From assembly GCF_004010195.1 (NCBI RefSeq), contig NW_025215381.1, positions 631,418 to 681,769 of the forward strand: a DNA stretch of 50,352 bases. Reading direction: 5' to 3'. The notes under the pieces are model-generated. The model did no database searches. It was not told where the DNA came from and saw nothing but the letters and a program-made list of their open reading frames with translations. The stretch is from Chiloscyllium plagiosum. Taxonomy: Eukaryota. The number at the start of each line of letters is the position of its first letter. Within the stretch, counting starts at the first letter, position 1. Below, in pieces: positions 35,275 through 48,609 of the stretch. The translations under genes and the position numbers were made by a program.

Positions 35275-36794
35275 CTCAAATTTCATTTGCTTTGACTATT
35301 CTAATTTTAATATGCCTTGCATAAAATAAAAAGAACTTCCAATAGTGTAAAAAGGAGCAAAGAAAGGTGCTCAATAAACCATTATGTAGGTGATTGAAGG
35401 CCAGAACTTTACGAGAACAAAACAAAGAATCACTTGAGAATGCATGGCACAGAAACTGGTCACTTTGCCAAGCTCCACATATTTGAAAACAACAAACATT
35501 TATATACTTCCCATGCAAACATAGAACACCCCAAAGTGCTCATTAACCAATAAAGTAGTTCTGAACATAGCCATTGTCACTTGTGCCAAAGAGAACAAGG
35601 TCTCTTAAACAAAACCATTCAAGTACCTTGCCCTCAAAGTGACCGAAGATAATGCTTCCCTCTGTTGGCTAACATGCTTATTTGTGTGTAAACAAGATAC
35701 CTCAAAACCTAACAGTTGGAATTTCAACATAGTCTGCAGAGAGAGGAAGGCAGAACTGATTTGTTTTGGACAAATATGCAGATCTAGATCCTGGAATTTT
35801 TCTTAAAGGATCAATTAACATTGGGATATAATTTGGATTATCTCAGTTGCTGTGGAATTTGTCACAACTTTCAAAATGTGAGCAGAGTTTTCAGAGCAGT
35901 TTTGTTGAGTATGGATTGACCTGATAGAAGCACTTCATAAAAATACCTTTATTTTTTCAACTTTGCAATTAAAGAGCAAACAAGCAGTGAGAAAGCCTTG
36001 AGGAAGAGCTGTGAGTATGTAATATGTAATATTGCTCAGTTAACAGAGCACAGTAGAAGTATGCCTGCTTTCACATTTGTATTTTGTGTTTCTCTGCTGA
36101 AAGTGGTATGATCAAACCAATCTTCAGTTTAGCACAATGCATGCAGTTTTATGGAAGTTGGGTTACTTGCACATCTTGGGGTTCAAAACTTCAGAAACTA
36201 CAATAACAGCAGAAAACGAGAAGAAAATCAGCTCTGCAGCGTTTGCCAAAACTTAGGAAGGATCCTGATAATATTTAACAGAATTAAAATCAGCCAGTGT
36301 AGTCATCAGCACCTCTGAAGTCTTGTTTACTTAGTCCACAGGGAGGCGCTTAAGGCAGAATGGAGGAGAGAAAGTAGAGTGCTCAGTATGAAGCAAAGGT
36401 ACTTGAGCCATAAGAATGTATTAAATCTCTCAAACATGTTGACACAAGGTTTCCCTGGGAAGTTTTACATCAAAGGAGAAAATATTGAGAAGTGAAAACG
36501 TTTTCATGGAAACTTCTCAACCTGAGAAAATTGCAAATCTCTGTTCAACTCTGGTCACTTTTTTTTGAAGATTCATATATGAATGATTAATACCATAGAT
36601 GGTTGGTATACTAAACTCTGCTATATGCTGTTATTTACTGAGGAGCCAAAATCAAATCAACGGCATAAAATACATTAGATTTTATCCAACAATAAATTTC
36701 ATGAGCAAAATGTTCTATTTTTCACAGCAAATTCATCTGAAATGAAGGAATAAGTGACAGTGAGAAACACCATCCCAATGGTTAAAGGCAGCAT

Positions 36795-38175
36795 TGCCTT
36801 CATTGCAAGTTTGCGAATAGGACTTGGGACATCATGTCGAGGTTGTACAGGACATTGGCAAGGCCTCTCCGGTTTAACGATGTGCAGTTCTAGTCGCCCA
36901 GTAATAGAAAGGATATTATTAAACTGGAGAGGGTTCAGAAAAGATTTACCAGGACGTTGCCAGGAATGGAGAGTTTGTGGTATGAAAATAGACTGGAAGG
37001 GCTAGGACTTATTTCACTGGAGCGTGGGAGGTTGAGGGCTGACCTTCTGAGGGTTATAAAATCATAAGGGGCATAGATAAGGTGAATGTCAAGAGTCTTT
37101 TCCCTTGGAAAGGGGAGTTCAAAATGAGGGGACATATGTTTAAAGGTAGGAGGAGAATGATCCATAAAGGACTGAGGGACATTTTTTTTAGACAGAGTGT
37201 TTTGTGTGTGGAGTGATCTGCCAGAGAAAGTGATGGACGCAGGTACAGTTAAAATGTTTAAAAGACATTTAATAAATTCATGAACAGAAAAGGTTTGGAG
37301 GGATATGGGCAAAGCTCAGGAAGGTGGGACTAGTTTAGTATAGTTTGGTAACATGGTCAACACGTACTGTTTGGAAAAGTGGTTGTTTCCATAATATCTG
37401 ACTCTGATCAGGAATTAGAGAGATCAGATGCAAAGGGAATTAAACAGAAAATTAGAGAGATTATATTTCAGTTGTACAGGGCATTTGAGAGACCATATCC
37501 AGAGTACATAGAAACTAGGAACATATGTAGGCCATTCAACCTTTGAGCCTGCTTCACCATTCAAACATGAACAGTATTAGTTTCCCCATTTAAGGAAAAA
37601 CAAATGTGTCAGAAGCAGTTGAGAGATGGCTTATGAGACCAATACCTGAAATCAGAGGGTGGTCTTGGGAGGAAACATTGGACAAACTCAGCTTGCAAAA
37701 ACAGTACAAGGGTACATGATTGAAACAGGCAATACCTAAGGAGGGCTGTTGTGGTGCAATGGTGTGGTCCCTACTCTGAGTAGACCATGTATAACACTTG
37801 CTGCTCCAGAGGTGTCAAAATATGTCTGAACTGGTTAATTTAAAATATTTTCCACACCCTGACAGGGTTTCACAGGGTTGAGTGGAGGAAACACTGTGGC
37901 AAAATCTATAAATAGAAAACCACACTGTAAAAATTAAGGTGGCCCATTTAAGAGATAAGGAGAATTGTTTTGAACTCTTCCTCAAAAGACTGCAGAGACA
38001 ATCTGCACTTGCCGACAATGCATGGAGAGATTCTTTAAAAGTGAGGAGAACCAGTTAATGGGGATAGGCAGGAATGTGGAGTAAAGGTTAAAATAAGACC
38101 TGCCATGTTTCATTGAATGGTGTTGCACGCTCAATCGGCTGAATGGCCTACTCCTGCTCCTAATTCATATGTTCG
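36795..38175 (+). mobile_element. Two tandem CR1 3' fragments with a short tRNA-SINE-like insert (~37740-37850)
   Basis: KLERVQKRFTRTLPG...LGLISLE reads and CR1-type 3'UTRs at ~37400 and ~38165. Confidence 0.78.
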
Positions 38176-38367
38176 TATGCTCACACATTTGGGTTTATCT
38201 CTGGGCCATGATGTCTGTTAGAAATGCAGTAAAGGGCTTTGCAAGCATGCCACAAAATGTAACAAAGCGTCATATTGTACTAGAAACATTAACTGTTTTT
38301 CTCTCTCCACAGATGCTGCCAGACCGAAAGAGTTTCTCGAGCAATGTCCATTTTAATTAGAAAGAGA

Positions 38368-40522
38368 GTCATAGAGATACACTGCATGGAAACAGACCCT
38401 TCAGTCCAACTCGTCCATATCTCCCAACCTAATCTAGTCCCATTTGCCAGCACTTCGTCCCAATCCCTCTAAACCCTTCCTATTCATATACCCATCCAGA
38501 TGCCTTTTAAATGTTGTAATTGTACCAGCCTCCACCACTTCTTCTGGCAGCTCATTCCATACACACACCCCCCTTTGTGTGAAAACGTTGTCCCATAGGC
38601 TCCTTTTAAATTTTTTCCCTCTCTCATTAAACCTAGGCAACCTCCCTCCCTGGGGAAAAGACCTTATCTATTTATCTTATCCATGTCCCTCATGATTTTA
38701 TAAACCTCGATAAAGTCACCACTCAGCCTCCAAAGCTCCAGGGAAAACAGACTCAGTCTATTCAGCCTCTCCTTATATATCAAGCTCTCCAAACCTGGCA
38801 ACACCTTTGTCAACCTTTTCTGAACTCTTTCAAGTTTAACAATATCTTTCCTGTAGGAGGGAGACCAGAATTGCATGCAATATTCCAAAAACGGCCTGTA
38901 GAGCAACAACATGACCTACCAACTCATATAATTAATGCACTAACCAATAAAGGAAAGCATACCAAATGCCTTCTTCACGATCCTATCTACCTGCGACTCC
39001 ACTTTTAAGGAGCTACAAACTCGCACTCCAAGGTCTGATTTGTTAAGCAGCTTAAAGGTGGATAAACCCCCAGGACTTGATCAGGTGTACCCAAGAACTC
39101 TGTGGGAAGCTAGAGAAATATTTGCTGGGCCTCTTGCTGAGATATTTGTATCACCGATAGTCACAGGTGAGGTGCCGGAAGACTGGAGGTTGACTAACGT
39201 GGTGCCACTGTTTAAGAAGGGTGGTAAAGACAAGCCAGGGAACTATAGACCAGTGAACCTGACCTCAGTGGTGGGCAAAATGTTGGAGGGAATCCTGGAG
39301 GGACAGGATGCACATATATTTGGAAAGGCAAGGACGGATTAGGGATAGTCAACATGGCTTTGTGCATGGGAAATCATGTCTCACAAACTTGATTTGTGAG
39401 TTTTTTGAAGAAGTAACAAAGAGGATTGATGAGGGCAGAGCAGTAGATGTGATCTATATGGACTTCAGTAAGGCGTTCGACAAGNNNNNNNNNNNNNNNN
39501 NNNNNNNNNNNNNNNNNNNNNNNNNNNNNNNNNNNNNNNNNNNNNNNNNNNNNNNNNNNNNNNNNNNNNNNNNNNNNNNNNNNNNNNNNNNNNNNNNNNN
39601 NNNNNNNNNNNNNNNNNNNNNNNNNNNNNNNNNNNNNNNNNNNNNNNNNNNNNNNNNNNNNNNNNNNNNNNNNNNNNNNNNNNNNNNNGCAGTGCAGGTT
39701 CATAGCTCCTTGAAAGTGGAGTCGCAGGCAGATAGGATAGTGAAGGTGGCGTTTGGTATGCTTTCGTTTATTGGTCAGAGTATTGAGTACAGGAGTTGGG
39801 AGGTCATGTTGCGGCTGTACAGGACATTGGTTAGGCCACTGTTAGAATAGTGTGTGCAATTCCGGTCTCCTTCCTATCGGAAAGATGTTGTGAAACTTGA
39901 AAGGGTTCAGAAAAGATTTACAAGGATGTTGCCACGGTTGGAGGATTTGAGCTATAGGGAGAGGCTGAACAGGCTGGGTTGGTTTCCCTGGAGTGTCGGA
40001 GGCTGAGGGGTGACCTTAGAGAGGTTTACAAAATTACGAGGGGCATGGATAGGATAAATAGACAAAGTCTTTTCTCTGGGGTCGGGTAGCCCAGAACTAG
40101 AGGGCATAGGTTTAGGGTGAGACGGGAAGGATATAAGAGAGACCTAAGGGGCAACTTTTTCAGACAGAGGGTGGTACGTGTATGGAATGAGCTGCCAGAG
40201 GATGTGGTGGAGGCTGGTACAATTGCAACATTTAAGACGCATTTGGATGGATATATGAATAGGAAGGGTTTGGAGGGATATGGGCTGGGTGATGGAAGGT
40301 GGGACTAGATTGGGTTGGGATATCTGGTCGACATGGACAGGTTGGACCGAAGGGTCTGTTTCCATGCTGTACATGTCTATGACTATGATACTCCCCAAGA
40401 CCTTCCCATTAAATGTACAAGTCCTGCCCTTATTTGCCTTTCCAAAATACAGCACCTCATTTATCTAAATTACACTCCATCTGCCACCCCATGGCCCATC
40501 TGATCAAGATCCCGTTGTACTT
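38368..40522. mobile_element. Minus-strand CR1 (38368-39051 and 40388-40522) split by a plus-strand CR1 insertion (~39052-40387)
   Basis: ORFs 38434-38912 (minus) and 39040-40308 (plus; [10 protein letters not shown]). The minus copy resumes collinearly after the plus copy's tail. Confidence 0.88.
39485..39688. other. Assembly gap (204 N)
   Basis: Run of N. Confidence 1.
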
Positions 40523-41812
40523 GTTCCACATCATGGGCTTCAGCAATTGACGGCCATATGTTCAAAGATCACTTTTGCCATTCTCTCCCTGGTGTCGTCC
40601 CGTTCCCCTTTCGGGTCAAAGCAAATCTCTCATTTCATCACGTTTCTGGCGGCCGTGTGCTGGTCCCCAATGCCCCGGACAGGGTACAGCCTTGGGAAGT
40701 AGGGTGCCAATGGCCACCGAATGGGGGTAAGGGGACTCCAGGAAGTTTGTGGCCGTACCATTGAAGAAGGAAAGTAGCTCGGATTTGTAAACTGGGTTTC
40801 TGAACAGCCCTTATTGTGAGAGTAATCCAGGCAAACGAGGCTTCCTTAACTCCTTCTCTGTTTTTAGGAAGGGCAAAGACACAGTCATACACTGTAAGGT
40901 GGGTATGACTGACTTTTCCACATAGGAACTGTTCCCCTCGTTTGAAGGGAATTAGATTGGTCGCAATGGCAATTTACACCTCGCATGTCCTGGGTAGATC
41001 CGCACTTGTAATGGTGGCAGCAGTGGTATAGGCAAGGGGTTTTTTCATTGCAGATGAAGACTTCCAAACATCCCATCCATGACCAGTGACGCATCTTTGG
41101 TATCCCAGCTGATTACTGGGGAGTTTCCTTCCTTGGCCTTCCCACCAGATATCCCCCTTCAGCCAATCCCTATCCATGTGGTCAGAAGGCTGGGGAAGAT
41201 GCAGTCTGCCACAGGGGCCTGTGCAAGTTATTCTTTGGGACAAACTGTTACTGGCCAGAGCACACCGACTGTAGGCCACAGTCCTACTGAGGAAAAATGG
41301 AGAAGAGAGAGGTTAGTCCGGTGGGCTGGGGGAAGCAAGCAATGATGCCATTGCTGTGCAGCCATTGATAGACTTGGTAGAAATAATTTCCAGTGCATTC
41401 CCGGATAGTCAGCACAAACTGTTCCATATCGGGAGGACTCTGCGAAACTGAGTCATGGACACGGGGGAAGTGAATGTTTCTTGCAGTGAGGGGTTCTCTT
41501 CCAGGGCCTCCCTGTAGCACTTCCCATCATACAACTGGTGATGGTCTCTCCCTTCGGCAGGTGAAGTCAAACTTGCAGCTCCAAAATCAAAAATGGGAGT
41601 TGCCACAGATTTCTTTGGTCCAGGATCAACTCGCGATCTGTTTGGGCCAGCAGTCCATTACAGTAATCGATTTTAGTCACATTCCATATCCCAAATGGAT
41701 TCCTTTGCGAATTGGTACAAGCGAGAACATCTCCCCTGCATAAATGAATGACCTGGCTGCGTTCGGTACCCTGACTGGAGAGAAGTAGACATATCCTTGC
41801 TAAGCCTATCAT
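40523..41812 (-). mobile_element. Endogenous retrovirus env-like relic (SU region to furin site), frameshifted
   Basis: Signal-peptide-like start IGLARICLLLSSQG; NYFYQVYQWLHSNGIIACFPQP; Cys-rich CLYHCCHHYKC...CHC; and FNGTATNFLESPYPHSVAIGTLLPKAVPCPGHWGPAHG-RQKR (40765-40640), ending in an R-x-K-R furin motif. Confidence 0.65.
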
Positions 41813-41814
41813 AT

Positions 41815-44148
41815 AAAGAACAAAGAGAACAAAGAAAATTTACAGCCCAGGAAAAGGCCCTTCGGCCCTCCAAGCCTGAGCCGATCCAAATGTACTGACT
41901 AAACCTGTCGGTCAATTCCTAAACATCTGTATCCCTCTGCTCCCCACCTACTCATGCATCTGTTTTTTCTAGTGAAAATAAACCTAACCTACTCAACCTC
42001 TCTTCACAGCTAGCACCTTCCATACCAGTCAACATCCTCGTAAACCTTCTCTGCACCCTCTCCAAAGCGTCCACATCCTTTTGGTATTGTGGCACCCAGA
42101 ACCGTACACAGTATTCTAAATGCGGCCGAACCAATGTCTTGTACAATTTTAACATGATTTGCCAGTTCTTATACCCAATACCCCGCCCAATGAAGGCAAG
42201 CATACTATATGCCTTCTTGACCACTCTATCCACCTGTGCAGCAACCTTCAGGGTATAATGGACCTGCACTCCCAGATCTCTCTGCCCATCAACTTTTCAT
42301 TCATTGTATAATTCACTCTAAAATTAGACTTGCCTAAATGCATCACTTCACATTTGTCTGGATTGAAAGCCATCTGCCACTTTTCCACCCAACTCTCCAG
42401 TCTATCTATATCCTCCTGTATTCTCTGATAGTCCCTAATACTTTCTGCCACTCCACCATTCTTTGTGTCATCTGCAAACTTGCTGATCATACGAACAGAT
42501 CATTTATGTATATTACAAACAACAGTGGCCCCAATACTGACCCCTGTGGAACACCACTGGTCACCATTCTCCATTTCGAGAAACTCCCTTCAACTACTAC
42601 TCTCTGTCTCCTGTTGCTCAACCAGTTCTTTATCCACCAAGCTAGGACACCCTGCACACTATGTGACTTCGCTTTCTCCATTAGTCTACAATGGGGAACC
42701 TTATCAAATGCCTTACTAAAGTCCATGTATATGACATCAACAGCCCTTCCTTCATCTAACAACTTGGTCACTTCCTCGAAGAACTCTCTTAAATTGGTAA
42801 GGCACAATCTCCCCCACACAAAACCATGTTGCCCATCACCGATAGGATCTATTTATATTTGGAATGGAATGAGCTTATCTCTCAGTACCCTCTCCAGCAA
42901 CTTCCCCACCACCGATGTCAGGCTCACTGGTCTGTAGTTACCCGGAATATCCCTACTCTCCTTGTACAGGGGGACAACATGAGTAACCTTCCAGCCCTCC
43001 GGCACCTCACCTGTATTTAAGGATGCCACAAAGATATCTGTCAGGGCTCCAGCTAGTTCCTCTCTTGCCTCCCTCAGCAACCTGGGATAGATCCCATCCA
43101 GTCCTGGGGATTTGTCCACCTTAATAACCTCTAGCCTACCCAACACCTCTTCCCTACTTATGCCAACGTGATCCTAACTAATCAAACTTCTATCTCTAAT
43201 CTCAACATTCATCATGTTCCTCTCCTCAGTGAACACTGACAGAATCTCACCCATTCTCTCAGGTTCGGCACACAACCTTCCTTCATTATCTTTTAGTGGA
43301 CCAATGGCTTCCCTAGTTACCGCTTGCTTCTTATAGAAGAATAAAATGCTTTGGGATTCTCCTTAATTCTGCTTGATAAAGCTATTTCATGACCCTTTTT
43401 AGCCCGCTTGATTCCTTGTTTAACACCTGTCCTACTCTTCCGATATTCCTCCAGGGGCCTGTTCTGTTCTTAGCTGCCTAGACCTTATGTATGCTTCCCT
43501 TTTCCTCTTGGCTAGTTGTACAATTTCTCCTGTCATCCACGGTTCATGAATCTTGCCCTTCCTATCCTTTGCCTTCAATGGGACACGCCTATCCTGCACT
43601 GCCATTAACCTATCTTTGAAAGCCTCCCACATCTCAAATGTGGACTTCCATTCAAATAGCTGTGTCCAATCCACATTTCCCAGCTCCTGCCTAATTTTGA
43701 TATAATTGGCCTTTGCCCAGTTTAGGACCACACTCCTTTATCTAAGAGTATTGTAAAACTTAGAATTGTGGTCACTGTCCCCAAAGAAATCCCCCGCTGC
43801 AACTTCTACCACCTGTCCTGGCTCATTCCGCTGTACCAGCTACAATATGGCCCCTTCCCTCATCAGACTATTGACATACTGCTCTAGAAAACTCTCCTGG
43901 ACGCTTCGTACAAATTCTACTCCATTCGGACCTCTGGCGCTAAGTGTATCCCAGTCAATGTTGGGAAAATTAAAATTTCCCATCACCACTACCCTATTGC
44001 CTCGACATCTATTCATAATCTGTTTACCTATTTGTTCTTCTACCTCACGTTCACTGTTGGGACGTCTGTAATACAGCCCCAACAATGTAACTGCACCCTT
44101 TGTATTTCTCATCTCCACCCATAATGCCTCACTACCCAAGAGCGCCAT
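41815..44148 (-). mobile_element. CR1/HER1-type LINE ORF2 (endonuclease end through RT to 3'UTR)
   Basis: ORFs 43840-44148 (YYRRPNS, VVMGNFNFPNIDW), 42853-43146, 42487-42819 ([26 protein letters not shown]), 42248-42490 (KFADDT) and 41952-42269. Confidence 0.93.
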
Positions 44149-44269
44149 ACCTCTGGAAGTAAATGGTTTACTATGTTATTTCAGGAAGCAGTTAAGAGTC
44201 AACAACATTGCTGAGAGTCTACAGTCACATTAGGCAAAACTGGTGAAGGCAGATTTCCTTCCCCAAAAG

Positions 44270-46316
44270 GAATAGATTAAGGACAAAAGGGTAGCTAGGG
44301 AGAGAATAGGGCCCCTCAAAGGTCAGCAAGGAGCCACAGAAAATGAGAGAGATACTAAATGAGTATTTTGCATCAGTATTTACTGTGGAAAAGGATATGG
44401 AAGATATAGACTGTAGGGAAATAGATGGTGACATCTAGCAAAATCTCCATATTACAGAGGAGGAAGTGCTGGATGTTTTGAAACAGCAGCACAGTAGTTA
44501 GCACTGCTGCCTCTCAGCGCCAGAGACCCGGGTTCAATTCCCACCTCAGGCTGTGTGGAGTTTGCATATTCTCCTCGTGTCTGCGTGGGTTTCCTCCGAG
44601 TGCTCCGGTTTCCTCCCACAGTCCAAAGATGTGCAGGTCAGGTGAATTGGCCATGCTAAATTGCCCGTAGTGTTAGGTGAAGGGGTAAATGTATGGGTTG
44701 GTGGCGGGTCGGCGTGGACTTGTTGGGCCGAAGGGCCTGTTTCCACACAAAGTAATCCAATCTAAGGGTAAAGGTGAATAAACCTCCAGGATCTGATCAG
44801 GTGTACCCGAGAACTCTGTGGGAAGCTAGAGAAATGATTGCTGGGCCTCTTGCTGAGATATTTGTATCAACCGATAGTCACAGCTGAGGTGCCAGAAGAC
44901 TGGAGGTTGAATAACGTGGTGCCACTGTTAAAGAAGGGCAGAAAGGACAAGCCAGGGAACCAAAGACAGGTGAGCCTGACCTCAGTGGTGGGCAAGTTGT
45001 TGGAGAGAATCCTGGAGGGACAGGATGCACAGGTATTTGGAAAGGCAAGGACTGATTAGGGATAGTCAACATAGCTTTGTGCATGGGAAATCATGTCTCA
45101 CAAACTTGGTTTGTGAGTTTTTTGAAGAAGTCACAAAGAGGATTAGATGTGATCTATATGGACTTCAGTAAGGCGTTCGACAAGATTCCCCATGGGAGAC
45201 TGGTTAGCAAGGTTAGATCTCATGGAATACAGGGAGAACTAGCCATTTGGATACAGAACTAGCTCAAAGGTCGAAGACAGAGGGTGGTGGTGGAGGGTTG
45301 TTTTCAGACTGGAGGCCTGTGACTAGTGGAGTGCCACAAGGATCGGTGCTGGATCCTCTACTTTTTGTCATTTACATAAATGATTTGGATGCGAGCATCA
45401 GAGGTACAGTTAGTAAGTTTGCAGACGATACCAAATTTGTAGGCGTAGTGGACAGCGAAGAGGGTTGCCTCAGATTACAACAGGATCTTGAGCAGATGGG
45501 CCAATGGGCTGAGAAGTGGCAGATGGAGTTTAATTCAGATAAATGCAAGGTGCTGCATTTTGGGCAAGCAAATCTTAGCAGGACTTATACACTTAATGGT
45601 AAGGTCCCAGGGAGTGTTTCTAAACAAAGAGACCTTGGAGTGCAGGTTCATAGCTCCCTGAAAGTGGAGTCGCAGGTGGATAGGATAGTGAAAAAGGTGT
45701 TTGGTATGCTTTCCTTTATTGGTCAGAGTACTGAGTACAGGAGTCAGAAGGTCATGTTGCAGCTGTACAGGACATTGGTTAGGCCACTGTTGGAATATTG
45801 CGTGCAATTCTGGTCTCCTTCCTATCAGAAAGATGTTGTGAAACGTGAAAGGGTTCAGAAAAGATTTACAAGATGTTGCCAGAGTTGGAGGATTTGAGCT
45901 ATGAGGAGAGTCTGAACAGGCTAGGTCTGTGTTCCCTGGAGCGGAAACTGAGGGGTGACCTTATAGAGGTTTACAAAATTATGAGGGGCGTGGATAGGGT
46001 TAATAGGCAAAGTCTTTTCCCTGGGGTCAGGGAGTCCAGAACTAGAGGGAGAGGGGAAAGATATAAAAGAAACCTAAGGGGCAACTTTTTCACACAGAGG
46101 GTGGTACGTGTATGGAATGAATTGCCAGAGGAAGTGTTGGAGGCTGGTACAATTGCAACATTTAAGAGGCATTTGGCTGGGTATATGAATTGGAAATGTT
46201 TGGAGGGATATGGGCCAGGAGCTGGCAGGTGGGACTAGATTGGGTTGGGATATCTGGTCGGCATAGACGGGTTGGACCGAAGGGTCTGTTTCCATGCTGT
46301 ACATCTCCATGACTCT
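44270..46316 (+). mobile_element. CR1/HER1-type LINE ORF2 3' half, interrupted by an HE1 SINE
   Basis: ORFs 45077-45262, 45247-45897 ([17 protein letters not shown]) and 45873-46238. Confidence 0.93.
44486..44763 (+). mobile_element. HE1-type SINE
   Basis: Head, B-box GGTTCAATTCC, core and tail. Confidence 0.9.
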
Positions 46317-47474
46317 AAATGAGTGAACAGGATCGGTATTTATGACATTCAAGATTTGTTTCATGATCACAATTAATCAGACTCTCTTTATATTCCAGGT
46401 CTACTAAATAATTAGATTTCAGCCCCGCCCCCAGAATAATAGCCGGAGTGTCTCTGTTCCTTTTATAATTAATATGTGAATGGGATGTGGAGTAGGCCAA
46501 CAATTTATTTCCCACCCTTAATTGTCCAGAGAGAATAAAAGTCAATAGTATTGCTGTTGGTCTGGAGTCTTAAGTTGATCAGACTGGATGAGGAAGACAG
46601 ATTCCCTTCCCAAAAGTGGACCTGCTACTTTATAAGCTTTGCAAATGTTTTCATCTGCCATGATCAAACCCATGGTTCTAGCCTGATGATGTGGATTACA
46701 AGTCTAGTGAAATGATCACTACACCACTACTCCACATTAAATCAGGAAGATGGCTGCCATTGCTTAAACAATGGACTTAAACACTGCAAATTCAAAATGC
46801 AGTCGTTTAAACTGTTTATTTAGCAGAAAATTAGGTGGGTATGTTATTTCCTTCCTACAGTACAACTTAATTTGAACTGAGTTGGAGAAATGTAGCCCAC
46901 AAAAAGGAACCATCGTCCTCAACTTGTTAGAATATTCTACGACATTATACAATGTACAGTACTGCCTGTTCTTTAGCACCCTATATGGGCAAAACATCAT
47001 CAGCTTGAACTAAAAACAGTTCTACTACACAGTAAGATCAACACTTGCCCTGTCAATCTCCCAAATATAGCCATATTTAAGAATGATTCTGCTTTCTGAA
47101 CACTCAATCTCCATCTGTGCATGGTTTCCCATGACAAGTCTATATTTAGTTTTTGAACAGATATCTTGTTAATTAGCTTGCACTCCTCTTCTCAGTTCAG
47201 GCAAGTCTCATACAAGAATTTATGAAATCAAAATTAATAATATAACTTTAATACTTAAAACAAACAAAGCTCAGTACTAAAAGGATGGCAAGAAAAAAAA
47301 TCAGTGAACAGGAACGTAGGTTTTACTCATTTTGGGGGAAAAAAACCCTGCAGTGTAAAGGTAATAGGTTTCCATGGTGACAAAACCAGTGCCTGCAATG
47401 CTGAGCTGCATGATGATTGTCTATGATTAAAATAAAGCAGAAATGTGAGAGAGAATGCAGGGAACAGTTAGGAT

Positions 47475-48065
47475 GGCATGTTGCGGCTGCACAGGACATT
47501 GGTTAGGCCACTTTTAGAATACTGCCTGCAATTCTGATCTCCTTCCTATTGGAAAGATGTTGTGAAACTTGAAAGGATTCAAAAAAAAGATTTACAAGGA
47601 TGTTGCCAGGGTTGAAAGGTTTGGGCTATAGGGAGAGGCTGAATACGTTGGGGCTGTTTTCCCTGGAGCATCAGAGGCTGATGAGGGGTGACCTTATAGA
47701 GGTTTATAAAATCACGAGGGGCATGGATAGGATAAACAGACATGGTATTTTCCCTGGGGTGGGGGAGTGCAGAATTAGAGGACACAGGTTTAAGGTGAGA
47801 GGGGAAAGATATAAAAGGGATCTAAGGGGCAACTTTTTCACGCAGAGGGTGGTGCATGTATGGAATGAGCTGCCAGAAGTAGTGGTGCAGGCTGATACAA
47901 TTACAGCATTTAAAAGGCATCTGGATGGGTATATGAATAGGAAGGGTTTAGAGGGATATGAGCCAAGTGCTGGCAAATGATGCGAGATTAGGTTGGAATA
48001 TGTGGATGGCATGGACAATTTGGACTGAAGGGTCTGTTTCCATGCTGTATACATTTATGACTCTA
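47475..48065 (+). mobile_element. CR1 3' fragment
   Basis: ORF 47600-47980 (FFTQRVVHVWNELP). Confidence 0.9.
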
Positions 48066-48609
48066 TAACATTGGTGGCTGGTAACCTTAAACTGGTCTGA
48101 ATTGTTTTTTAGTGGGTTGGAAGAGTGAAGTTGCAAAATGGCTCTTTAAGATCTACAAGAACTAAATAATTAACTCCTTTAAAGAGCAAGAATTGAACTT
48201 TCGAAAGCCATTTTTGAATGAAATCAATGTTGTGTCAGTATTATACAAGACCTCCAATCAGGCGCATGGAATATCCTCAAATATGTTTAGGAGTGGAGGG
48301 TGGCACATATTACAGTCAACCAAGGAGTAGCACTGGTGGAGCAGGCTGCAAAGTGTGACATTTACTTTACACCATGCTTCCACAAATGTTCTTAATTCAC
48401 AAACACTTATCCAGGACTCTCCTGCCAGCAATTCATGGTACAATAAGTAAACAGTGCAGATGAAACAACTACTCACATTTGTATATTGCTTTTGACACCA
48501 CTAAATGCTCCAAAGCATTTCACAAATGCGGCAAATAGAAACTAACAGTGAAGTAGACATTGCTACCAACATTAGGACAGAAGCAACCTCCTGGTCACCA
48601 AGGTAAGGT

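Noticed and set aside
42338..42937. 199-aa plus-strand ORF
   Set aside because: Antisense shadow of the CR1 RT on the minus strand. The same applies to many short ORFs in the track.
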